Positions 1-8,679 of a stretch of DNA of 64,000 nucleotides are shown one piece after another. The translations under genes were made by a program, and so were the position numbers. How positions within the stretch are numbered: position 1 is the first letter of the stretch; every line of letters begins with the position of its first letter. The notes beneath the pieces are model-generated. The model did no database searches, was not told the origin of the DNA, and saw only the letters and a list, made by a program, of their open reading frames with translations. Origin of the DNA: Planctomycetota bacterium. GTDB lineage: Bacteria > Planctomycetota > UBA8108 > SXIK01. The DNA is taken from assembly GCA_965223845.1 (NCBI GenBank), contig CBDCXR010000004.1:1312001-1376000 (forward strand), given 5' to 3'.

Positions 1-325
1 GCGGCTGGTGGTACGGGCCGCAGAGCGCGCTGCTCCCGAGGATTTGCGAGTGGCGAATCACTTTCTTGAGGTAGTCGACCGCGCTGGCGCGCACCGCTGC
101 GTCCGGACTGATGGGGTTCGCTTCCTCGGTGGCGACGGTGACCGTCGTGCACTCGAGTCCCTGGCGATCGAGCTCGGCGCGGAGCTTTTCGAAGTGCGCG
201 TCGTCACCTTCAAACAGGGGAATCTCGACACCATCGAATCCGGCCGCCTTGATTCGCTCGAGCTGCGGATAGTGCTCATCGGTGACGTGCGTCGTCCAGA
301 GCAGCATGTTCATGCCGATTTTCAT
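1..325 (-). CDS. Sugar phosphate isomerase/epimerase, D-tagatose/D-psicose 3-epimerase family (5' part only; runs off the window)
   Basis: Not in the ORF track; manual translation from ATG at 325 gives MKIGMNMLLWTTHVTDEHYPQLERIKAAGFDGVEIPLFEG...ALCGPYHQP, with the typical GFDGVEIP TIM-barrel N-terminus; AGGGA RBS upstream. Confidence 0.8.
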   Translation of the reverse strand, partial: MKIGMNMLLWTTHVTDEHYPQLERIKAAGFDGVEIPLFEGDDAHFEKLRAELDRQGLECTTVTVATEEANPISPDAAVRASAVDYLKKVIRHSQILGSSALCGPYHQP

Positions 326-575
326 CAGGATTCCCTCTGCTTGGGAGCTGTGGTCGCCGAGCTCGCCGTGTCGGATTCATCTTCCGGTGAATCGCGTTGC
401 GCGCCGGATGAGCGCCGTACTGTACCCCAATCCCCGAGGACTTGGAAGTCGGGCCGGCCCGGCGTTGAGTACGGCTTCGGAGTTCCTTGGACGGGACGAG
501 CGCGAGTGCTATCTTGAGCCGTTGACGCCCGCGATTCCGATCGATCGCGAACCGACACCGCCGAGGAGCCCGCTC

Positions 576-932
576 ATGAGCGACCAGATTCCCCGCACCG
601 TCCACCGTCCGATGCAGTTCGAAAACGGCGAAGCGATCGGCATCAGCAATCGCTGGTACAAAGGGCAGTACTGCACGATCCTCACGCGAGCCGGACTCGT
701 CGGCTGCGGCATCTACCACTGCGACACGGCGCAAAAGTTTGGCCAGGCGATCGCGATCGCGCGCGGAACGCCCGAGAATCCCCTCGTCGAGCCGGAGGAT
801 CTCCTCGAGGCGAAGATCGTCGACGCGACGGGACACGCGAAGGACCTCGGGATCACGCTCGGGATGACGGGGCGCGACGCGGTCGAAATCCTTCTCGAGC
901 GGTCCCGTGAGCTCGAGTCGAGCTCGGCTTAG
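576..932 (+). CDS. YunC/DUF1805 family protein
   Basis: GLVGCGIY...AIARGTPENPLVEPEDLLEAKIV..T..A..LGI..GMTGRDA pattern; GAGGAG RBS before ATG 576. Confidence 0.8.
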   Translation: MSDQIPRTVHRPMQFENGEAIGISNRWYKGQYCTILTRAGLVGCGIYHCDTAQKFGQAIAIARGTPENPLVEPEDLLEAKIVDATGHAKDLGITLGMTGRDAVEILLERSRELESSSA

Positions 933-962
933 ACTCTCGCGGCTACGACGATCCCGCAGGCC

Positions 963-2021
963 TCAGGGCGCGATGAGGACCTTCGAGTAGAACTCGCCGC
1001 CCGCGCGCATCATTTCGAGCGCCGCGAACGCGTCGGGCAGCGCGACGCGGTGCGTGATGAGCGGGTGGAGATCGATCGTTCGGCGAGCCATCGCATCGAG
1101 CGTGGCGCGCCATTCGTCGTCGCCGAACGCGCTGAAGTGCGAGTTCCACGTGCCGTGGAGACTGACTTCGCGACGCATGAGCTGGGAGAGGAGAGGCGCT
1201 GGAATCTCGACGTCACCGGAGGGATTGCCGAGGAGGACGACCCGTCCCTGGCGTCGCGTACTCGCCATCGCCTGGCGAAGTGTCGCGGGAACGCCGGCGC
1301 CGTCGAAGGTGACGTGCGCGCCCGCCCCGGCGGTCTCCGCCGCGACGACCTCGACCGGATCGCAGTCTCGGCTATTGAGGCTGTCTTCAAAGCCGAGCGA
1401 GCGGGCGAGCGCGAGCTTCTCCTCGACGAGGTCGAAAAGAACGACCCGCGATGCGCCCATCGCGCGTAGCCACTGCGCGACCATGAGGCCGATCGGGCCC
1501 GCACCGAAGATCGCCGCGAGCTCACCCGGGCGCGTCCCACCGCCTTGTCTCACGGCGTGAAGAGCGACGGCGGCGGGTTCGGTCATCGCCGCCTCTTCGA
1601 GGCTCACCGAATCGGGGACTCGGATGAGGTTTCGCGCGGGCGCGCAGACAAACTCGGCGAAGCCACCATCGCTTCGCGAACCGAGATAGTCGTAATTCTC
1701 ACACTGGACGTAGGTCCCCTCCTCGCACGACGCGCACGCGTCGCACCAGAGAAGCGGAAACACGGCGACCCGATCACCGGGCGTGACGCCCGCGACGTCC
1801 GGACCGCACGCCTCGACCACACCGGCGAATTCGTGTCCGCACACGGTCGGAAACGAATACGTGCCCTTAACAAAGACGCGCGGAATGTCCGAGCCGCAGA
1901 CACCGCAGAAGCCGACTCGCACGAGCACCTCACCCGAGCTCGGCTCCGGTCGCGCGATCGATTCCAGTCGGGCGTCGCCCACCGCGTGGAGGACGAGAGC
2001 CGACATCGTCTCGGCGGTCAC
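963..2021 (-). CDS. Zn-dependent medium-chain polyol dehydrogenase (galactitol-1-phosphate 5-dehydrogenase-like)
   Basis: GVCGSD, GHEFAG, structural Zn CxxCxxCx7C, GAGPIG Rossmann motif; GTG start overlaps the rpe stop (GTGA). Confidence 0.85.
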   Translation of the reverse strand: MTAETMSALVLHAVGDARLESIARPEPSSGEVLVRVGFCGVCGSDIPRVFVKGTYSFPTVCGHEFAGVVEACGPDVAGVTPGDRVAVFPLLWCDACASCEEGTYVQCENYDYLGSRSDGGFAEFVCAPARNLIRVPDSVSLEEAAMTEPAAVALHAVRQGGGTRPGELAAIFGAGPIGLMVAQWLRAMGASRVVLFDLVEEKLALARSLGFEDSLNSRDCDPVEVVAAETAGAGAHVTFDGAGVPATLRQAMASTRRQGRVVLLGNPSGDVEIPAPLLSQLMRREVSLHGTWNSHFSAFGDDEWRATLDAMARRTIDLHPLITHRVALPDAFAALEMMRAGGEFYSKVLIAP

Positions 2022-2755
2022 GCTCCCGCCTTTCCGGAGACGGATCGCTGCGCGAGGCCATCGGCGATCGCTTCGCGCACTCGGTTCATGTTGTCGCCGA
2101 GACTCGCCTCGCGGTGGTAGAGGCTGCTCGTCCCCGCGACGAGGATGTCCGCGCCGGCGGCGACCATCTTCGGAATGTTCTCGAAGCTGACGTTGCCGTC
2201 CACTTCGATCGCGACGTCGCCCCGGCCGCGCGCGTCTAGATACTGGCGGCAATCGGCGATCTTGGCGAGAGTCGCCGGCACGAGGCTCTGCCCGGCGAAT
2301 CCCGGATTCACCGTCATGAGAAGGACGAACGCGAGTCGATCGAGAACGTAGTCGAGCGCCGAGAGCGGGGTCGCGGGATTGAGGGCGACTCCCGCACGAA
2401 TGCCGCGTGCCTCGATCAGAGAAAGCGTCCGATCCAAGTGGCAGGCGGACTCCGCGTGCACGGCGAGCTGCTCGGCACCGATTCGTGCGACCTCCTCGAC
2501 GAACCAGTCGTTGTTCTCGACCATGAGATGGACATCGAACGGGAGACTCGTCGTTCCGCGCAGCCCCTCGAGCACGCCGAGGCCGAGCGGCATGTTCGGG
2601 ACGAAGTGCCCATCCATGAGATCAAAATGGATGGAGTCGACGGCGACCGACTCGAGCTCGGCGACCGCCTCACCGAGATGCCGCACGTCGGCGCACATGA
2701 GCGAGGGGGAAACCCGGACGCCTTGCGAGCGCGGAGGATCGGTGGCGGGAGACAT
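2018..2755 (-). CDS. rpe: Ribulose-phosphate 3-epimerase family protein
   Basis: SPSLMCAD, HFDLMDGHFVPN, DVHLMV, MTVNPGFAGQ, EVDGNV, VAGT motifs. Confidence 0.9.
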   Translation of the reverse strand: MSPATDPPRSQGVRVSPSLMCADVRHLGEAVAELESVAVDSIHFDLMDGHFVPNMPLGLGVLEGLRGTTSLPFDVHLMVENNDWFVEEVARIGAEQLAVHAESACHLDRTLSLIEARGIRAGVALNPATPLSALDYVLDRLAFVLLMTVNPGFAGQSLVPATLAKIADCRQYLDARGRGDVAIEVDGNVSFENIPKMVAAGADILVAGTSSLYHREASLGDNMNRVREAIADGLAQRSVSGKAGA

Positions 2756-2780
2756 GGGAGGCCGAGACGCAGCGCGGCCG

Positions 2781-2960
2781 CTACTTCCGCTTCACCTTGT
2801 GGAGGGTGTGACGGCGGAGGCGCGGGCAGTACTTCTTGATCCCTTCCCGGAGCTTCGCCGGGATCCCGCCCTTCACGTTCACGGACGTTCTGTAGTTCAG
2901 CTCGCCCGACTCCGAGCACTGGAGCCAAACGTTCTCGCGCGCGGCTTTCTTCTTCGCCAT
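2781..2960 (-). CDS. rpmG: 50S ribosomal protein L33
   Basis: MAKKKAARENVWLQCSESGELNYRT...KKYCPRLRRHTLHKVKRK, 59 aa, basic. Confidence 0.9.
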   Translation of the reverse strand: MAKKKAARENVWLQCSESGELNYRTSVNVKGGIPAKLREGIKKYCPRLRRHTLHKVKRK

Positions 2961-3113
2961 GGGTCTGCCTTTCGGCGATTCCTTGAGAATCGAGTCTTCG
3001 AGTCGGGCGCCGAGCATCGATCGCGAGGCCCGAGCGACCCAGCACTCTACGGCCGCCGGCGAGAGAAGTAAACCCGCTCGAAGCGGAAATTCTCGGGACG
3101 GTCGCCCCGCCGT

Positions 3114-3884
3114 TCAGTCGCTCCACGGCCGCCAGCGCGACCGATCGATGCAGCAGTCTCGGCGACCCGTAAACTCGAGGCAGCGCTCGGCGCGGTCGAG
3201 CTCCGCGGCGACCTCGGGGACGCTCTCGAGCCCGAAGAACCGCTCGAACGCATCGAAACAGCGATCCGGTTGCGCTCGGGAGACGTCGGCGAGCGTCGAA
3301 TCGGTGCCTTCGCCGCGCGCGGTGACGAGCTCCGGGGTACCGAGCGCCTTCAGCGCGGCTTTGTATTCCTGGGCGGCCTCGATCCACATCTCGGATTCGT
3401 GGTACACGCTGCCCAGGTGGTAGTGGAGGACCGCCCGGCCCTCGTTGTCGCTCGTCGCTCTCGGCTCGAGACGCTCGACGCAGCGCGCGTAGAGGGACAC
3501 GGCCATATCGACGAAGCCGAGGTCGGCGTGGAGCCACGCGAGGTAGAAGAGCGGATCTTCGTCGTGGGCGCCGCGGTCGAGCCCGGGGCGATCCAGTCGC
3601 TCGACCTCGCGGTAGATCGCTGCGGCCCGGCGGGGATCCCCCATCTCGAGACGGTAGCAGTGTGCGAGCTCGAGAAGACGCAGCCCGTCGTGCGGGTTCT
3701 GCTGGACCGACTTCCAACAACAGTAGAGGCGCGCCGTACCGCGGTCACAGTCGAGCGACGACTTGTTCGGAATGCCGTAGGCCGCGTAGACGGAAAGAGG
3801 GATGCCGTCCTGTTCGGAGCGATACGAGACGGCCCTAGCCACGCTCGCGTCGAACGTGGGGAGGTCGAAGCGGAATCGTTTCAT
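3114..3884 (-). CDS. Tetratricopeptide-repeat protein of unknown function
   Basis: Helical repeats LFYLAWLHADLG..DMAVSLYARC and LHYHLGSVYHE...EAAQEYKAAL; ATG at 3884 chosen as start. Confidence 0.6.
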   Translation of the reverse strand: MKRFRFDLPTFDASVARAVSYRSEQDGIPLSVYAAYGIPNKSSLDCDRGTARLYCCWKSVQQNPHDGLRLLELAHCYRLEMGDPRRAAAIYREVERLDRPGLDRGAHDEDPLFYLAWLHADLGFVDMAVSLYARCVERLEPRATSDNEGRAVLHYHLGSVYHESEMWIEAAQEYKAALKALGTPELVTARGEGTDSTLADVSRAQPDRCFDAFERFFGLESVPEVAAELDRAERCLEFTGRRDCCIDRSRWRPWSD

Positions 3885-4376
3885 GGATGGAGTACCCGCG
3901 CGCCATCCGTACGGAGGCTCTGAGCGCCGCAGCCGCCGATGTCTGCCGCGTAGCGTTCTTCGTTGGCGAGGAGAGTAAACGGCGAGATGTGCACGCACGC
4001 GAAAAGCTCGCGCTGCGTCGAGTTCGCCTCCCTAGACTGACCCTTGCGAGATACGATCGAGACCCAAGGATCGCGACGTCGACGATGCCGATGCCGATGT
4101 CGCGGATCGATGTCGAAGCACGCGCGACGCGCCGAGCGGTGCGCTCGATCGCGTCGGACCCCTGCGCCGGCTTGCGAACTCACGTACTGTCGCTTTCTTA
4201 GCGCGCGTCGGTCAAGTGTGAAACATCGTCCTTCGCGACTTTGTTTCGGTCCTCTGGTACCCTTTCGCGCGAAGTTGGTCGCGGGTTCGGGTGAAGCACC
4301 CAAAGGTCGCGATCCGATCGAGTCGAGTCGCGTCCGAACGCACCGGATCCCGCATGCCCCGAACGGAGGAGCTCGC

Positions 4377-6260
4377 GTGACGATCGCCGGAGAGTTCGGC
4401 GCGCGAGAGACCACGCTCGAGCAACACATGGCGGCGCAACCGGTAGAGATCGAAGCGGGTGAATTCCGGTGGCGACTCGCGCTGCACGCGAGTGTCGAAC
4501 GTCTCGAGCGAGTCGTCGCGAGCTTCCCGGAATGCGACCAGCAGATCGGGGCGCGTCGCTTGAAGCACAATCGACTTCGCACCGTGTTTTTCGTTCCCGA
4601 CGGCGACTCGGGGGCGGACGAAGACCGGAGCGCGAGTGAGTCGGCGGCGAGCGACGACTCCGATCCATCCACTTGGCCACCGGGAACGATCGCGAAGTGG
4701 TACCGATACCCGTCATTCGGCGAGAGAGCGCGGTACCGCGTATTCCCGTCGCGCGCCCAGGCCGAATGGCGAGCGCTCGGACGGTTCGAGCGCCTCGGTA
4801 TCCCCGCGCCGCGCCGCCTAGCCATCGGGATGCGACACGGACGGGGCGATTTCGAGGAGGGGCTGCTTCTCGAGTTCCTCGTCGGCACGCTGCCGATTAG
4901 CGCGGTCGTCCACGAAAGCGAATCCCCGTGGGAGTGGGGGCTTCAGCGCCCGCTCTTCCCGCGCACGGAGCTCAGCGAGCGACAGCGGTGTGTTCTCGAG
5001 GCGGCGGGTCGGGCGGTACGGACTCTCCACGATCGCGGCGCGTGGCACCGCGATCTCCACCCGGGGAATCTGCTCTTCGACGAAGCGCGGCGAGAGCTCT
5101 ACTTCATCGATCTCCATTCGTGTCGCTTCCTTCCGCGAGTCCCTCGTTCGCTCCGGCGACGCGGCGTCGTCGAGCTCTTTCACCATCTCGGGGTCAGCGT
5201 CCCGCGAGAGGGCGCGCGCACGTTCCTCGAATCGTACGGGGTCGGCGCTCTCTTCGGGGCCGGAGTGACGATCGAGTGCGCCCTCGCGCGACTCGACGCT
5301 GCGCTGCTCGCGCGTCGGCGCAAGTGGATCCGCAGTCGATCGAAACGGTGTCTCGTTCGCTCGACGATGTTCGAGATCGTCTCCGGCCGCGGCGAGAGAC
5401 TCTACCACCGCCGAGAGTGGGACGCGGAAGCGCTCCGGGACGTCTGCGCGGACGACTCGCGCGGCGAGCTCGTCAAGTCGTCTGCGCGCGGAGCCGTCGC
5501 GCAGGCCGATTGCTCGGGTCGACGCGTGTGCGTGAAGAGACGGCGATATTCGGTGCGCGAGAGCCTGCGCGCCCTCGTCGAGCGACACCGACTCCTTCGC
5601 GCGTACGCCGCCGGGCATTCGCTCTGGGTTCGAGGAGTTCCCACTCCGAGCGTCGTCGCGCTGCGGGAGGTTCGGCGCTTCGGCCTCGTGCGCGAAGCGC
5701 AGCTCGTGACGGAGTGGGTCAGCGGCGCGGAGCCTCTTCACGAACTCCTCTTCGCGCGTTGGTGGGATGCCGCGGTCGATCGTGTGGCTCCGGCCGAGCG
5801 TCGGCTCGTCGCGGAACGTGTGGGCGGATTCGTACGGTCGGTTCACGAAGAAGGGCTCTATCCGCACGATCTTTCGCCGCAAAACGTCCTCGCGACAGAG
5901 GGTCTCTTTGCGCGCGGGGACGGCGATGCCTCGCGAGAGGTCGGCTCCGGTGCTCCCGCTCTCTTCCTCGTCGATCTCGACCATCTTTATCTGTGGCAGA
6001 AGCTGTCCGTTCGCCGGCGACGGAAAAACCTCTCGCAGATCGGGAATCTGCCCGAGGGTCACGTCCGGTCGCTCGATCTCCTGCACGCCCTTCGCACCTA
6101 CGCGGCTCATGATCGAGCGTGGTGGAGCCGCGAATTCGTCGCCGAGCTCCGCGCCGACGTCCTCGACGAACACCTCCGCGTCGTTCTCCGCCGCTCTTGC
6201 CCGTCGTCCGGTGCTTCGATAGGATCTGGGCCCAACAATGGGGCGGCGGCAGCGGAGTGA
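4377..6260 (+). CDS. Lipopolysaccharide kinase (Kdo/WaaP/InaA family) with two tandem kinase domains
   Basis: Domain 1 HRDLHPGN...FIDLH; domain 2 PHDLSPQN...LVDLDH; GGAGGAG RBS before GTG 4377. Confidence 0.75.
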   Translation: MTIAGEFGARETTLEQHMAAQPVEIEAGEFRWRLALHASVERLERVVASFPECDQQIGARRLKHNRLRTVFFVPDGDSGADEDRSASESAASDDSDPSTWPPGTIAKWYRYPSFGERARYRVFPSRAQAEWRALGRFERLGIPAPRRLAIGMRHGRGDFEEGLLLEFLVGTLPISAVVHESESPWEWGLQRPLFPRTELSERQRCVLEAAGRAVRTLHDRGAWHRDLHPGNLLFDEARRELYFIDLHSCRFLPRVPRSLRRRGVVELFHHLGVSVPREGARTFLESYGVGALFGAGVTIECALARLDAALLARRRKWIRSRSKRCLVRSTMFEIVSGRGERLYHRREWDAEALRDVCADDSRGELVKSSARGAVAQADCSGRRVCVKRRRYSVRESLRALVERHRLLRAYAAGHSLWVRGVPTPSVVALREVRRFGLVREAQLVTEWVSGAEPLHELLFARWWDAAVDRVAPAERRLVAERVGGFVRSVHEEGLYPHDLSPQNVLATEGLFARGDGDASREVGSGAPALFLVDLDHLYLWQKLSVRRRRKNLSQIGNLPEGHVRSLDLLHALRTYAAHDRAWWSREFVAELRADVLDEHLRVVLRRSCPSSGASIGSGPNNGAAAAE

Positions 6261-6317
6261 CCCCGAGTCACCCTCACTCGCCGCGACTCCCCGCTCGCGA
6301 ACGCCGAGGAGAGCTCG

Positions 6318-6683
6318 ATGCCCGACGCTTCAGACGACGCCTCGCCGGGGAACGGACCGTCTCGGCCGGACTCCGCTCATCCGAAGATTCGCGACCCCCG
6401 CGCGAGGGAATTCGTCCTTCGGCATTGGCGCGCGAACCTGAGGATCACGCTCACGCTTCTCGTCTTGTGGGCACTCGCGGGTCTCGGCTGCGGCGTGATC
6501 TTCGCGGAGAAGTTGAACGCGGTGCGCATCGGTGGTTTTCCGCTCGGATTTTGGTTCGCTCAGCAGGGAAGCATCGCCGTATTCGTCGTCTTGATCCTCG
6601 TCTACGCGGTGCTCGTCAACCGACTCGACGAACGCCTTCGCCGAGACCTCGACGACCTTCCGCCGGACCACCCGGGAAAGTAG
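6318..6683 (+). CDS. DUF4212 small membrane subunit of a solute:sodium symporter
   Basis: HWRANL...GGFPLGFWFAQQGSI signature; immediately upstream of the symporter. Confidence 0.9.
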   Translation: MPDASDDASPGNGPSRPDSAHPKIRDPRAREFVLRHWRANLRITLTLLVLWALAGLGCGVIFAEKLNAVRIGGFPLGFWFAQQGSIAVFVVLILVYAVLVNRLDERLRRDLDDLPPDHPGK

Positions 6684-6711
6684 TCGTCCCCTCCACGAGC
6701 AACCTGCCGGC

Positions 6712-8532
6712 ATGACCACGCAAACCTGGACGTTCGTCTTCGTCGGCCTCTCGTTCGGGCTCTATCTCTTCATCGCGTGGCGAAGCCGGGTACGCGACAC
6801 GCGCGGGTTCTACGTCGCCGGGCGCGGCGTGCCCGCGGCAGCGAACGGCATGGCGACCGCCGCCGACTGGATGAGCGCCGCGTCGTTCATCTCGATGGCC
6901 GGCTTGATCTCGACTCTGGGGTACACGGGCGGCGTCTACCTCATGGGCTGGACCGGCGGCTACGTTCTCCTCGCACTCTTGCTCGCTCCGTATCTCCGAC
7001 GGTCGGGCTGCTACACCGTCCCCGATTTCGTCGGCGACCGCTACGACTACGAATCGGGCACCAATGCCGCGCGTATTCTCGCCGTCGTGTGCGCGATTTT
7101 CGTGAGCTTCACCTACGTCGCCGGCCAGATGCGTGGCGTCGGAATCGTCTTCTCGAAGTTTCTCGAGGTTCCGATCGACCTCGGCGTCCTCATCGGCGTC
7201 GGCATCGTTTTCGTCTACGCGACGCTCGGCGGAATGAAGGGGATCACCTGGACGCAGGTCGCGCAGTACTGGGTGCTGATCACCGCGTTTCTGATCCCGG
7301 CGATCGCCATCAGCATCCAGCTCACCGGAAACGCGATCCCGCAGATCGGAATGGGGAGCGAGATCTCCGGTACGGGCGTCGCCCTCCTCGATCGACTCGA
7401 CGAGCTCCATCGCGAACTCGGCTTCGAGCAGTACACCGCGGCGTTCACATCGCCGCAGTGGGGGATGCTGAACGTCTTTTGCGTGACGCTGGCGCTGATG
7501 GCGGGGACGGCCGGCCTCCCGCACGTGATCGTTCGGTTCTACACCGTGCCGAACGTCAAGGCGGCGCGAACGAGCGCGTTCTGGGCGCTCTTTTTCATCG
7601 CCCTCCTCTATCTGACCGCGCCGGCCACGGCGGCGTTCGCACGCTACTTCATGATCGAGAGCCTCCACGGGAAGACCGCGGCGGAGCTGCCCGGGTGGTA
7701 CGAGTCATGGTCGAAGACGAATCTGATCGTCTGGCTCGACGACGGCGACGGGACGGTGGAGTACTACGGAGGCAAGAATCCGACGCAGTTCGCCGAGAAT
7801 GAGCTCTTTCGCATCGGCAAGCTTCCGGAGGACGAGTTCGCGTCGATTCGTGCGGATCACTCGCGCTGGCTCGAGACGGACGGAGCCGAGGGGCACGACG
7901 GCCGCATCGAGCTCCGGCAGCGCGGGCTTTCGGGGCCCGATCGCGACATCATCGTCCTTGCGACTCCGGAAATGGCGAATCTCGCGTCGTGGATCGTGGC
8001 GCTCGTCGCGGCGGGCGGCCTCGCCGCGGCGCTTTCGACGGCGAGTGGCCTCCTGCTCGTGATCTCCTCCAGCGTCGCGCACGATCTCTACTTCCGCATC
8101 GTCGATCCGTCCGCGTCCGAGCGGATGCGGCTCCGCGTCGGGCGCATCACGATCGGCTGCGCGGTGGTCGTCGCGGGTTTCTTCGGGATCTACCCACCGG
8201 GCTTCGTCAGTCAGGTGGTCGCCTTCGCCTTCGGACTCGCCGCGTCGAGCTTCTTTCCCGCGATCGTGCTCGGGGTGTTCAGCCGGCGGGTCGGCGCGAT
8301 TCCCGTGATGGTCGGAATGCTCTCGGGCATGCTCTTCACGGCCGTCTACATTCTCGGAGCTGTGTATTGGGAGATGCCGCACTGGTGTTTCGGCATCGGT
8401 CCGCAGGGGATCGGGACCGTGGGCATGCTCGTCAACTTCGCCCTGACGCTCGCACTCACTCCGTTCTTTCCGCGGCCGCCCGAGAAGGTCGTCGAGTTCG
8501 TCGAGCGGATTCGAGAACCGGAGCTGGACTGA
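6712..8532 (+). CDS. actP: Cation/acetate (monocarboxylate) symporter, ActP-like sodium:solute symporter
   Basis: NGMATAADWMSAASFISMAG, GGMKGITWTQVAQY, GTAGLPHVIVRF, AAGGLAAALSTA; many TM helices. Confidence 0.85.
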   Translation: MTTQTWTFVFVGLSFGLYLFIAWRSRVRDTRGFYVAGRGVPAAANGMATAADWMSAASFISMAGLISTLGYTGGVYLMGWTGGYVLLALLLAPYLRRSGCYTVPDFVGDRYDYESGTNAARILAVVCAIFVSFTYVAGQMRGVGIVFSKFLEVPIDLGVLIGVGIVFVYATLGGMKGITWTQVAQYWVLITAFLIPAIAISIQLTGNAIPQIGMGSEISGTGVALLDRLDELHRELGFEQYTAAFTSPQWGMLNVFCVTLALMAGTAGLPHVIVRFYTVPNVKAARTSAFWALFFIALLYLTAPATAAFARYFMIESLHGKTAAELPGWYESWSKTNLIVWLDDGDGTVEYYGGKNPTQFAENELFRIGKLPEDEFASIRADHSRWLETDGAEGHDGRIELRQRGLSGPDRDIIVLATPEMANLASWIVALVAAGGLAAALSTASGLLLVISSSVAHDLYFRIVDPSASERMRLRVGRITIGCAVVVAGFFGIYPPGFVSQVVAFAFGLAASSFFPAIVLGVFSRRVGAIPVMVGMLSGMLFTAVYILGAVYWEMPHWCFGIGPQGIGTVGMLVNFALTLALTPFFPRPPEKVVEFVERIREPELD

Positions 8533-8679
8533 GCGAGTCGCGGCGCGCGACCGGCATTCGGAACGACGCCGGTGGTGAAAAGGTCGGGTGAGGCTCGAGG
8601 CGACGCGAACTCGAGTTGGATCCTGGTCCCGTCGCCACCTACAATCGGCCGGAGCTCCGAGCGAGAAGGAGGAGAATTC

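Noticed and set aside
3881-3994. 37-aa minus-strand peptide whose stop overlaps the TPR gene start (ATGA)
   Set aside because: No well-placed RBS and no recognisable motif; plausible by chance in high-GC DNA
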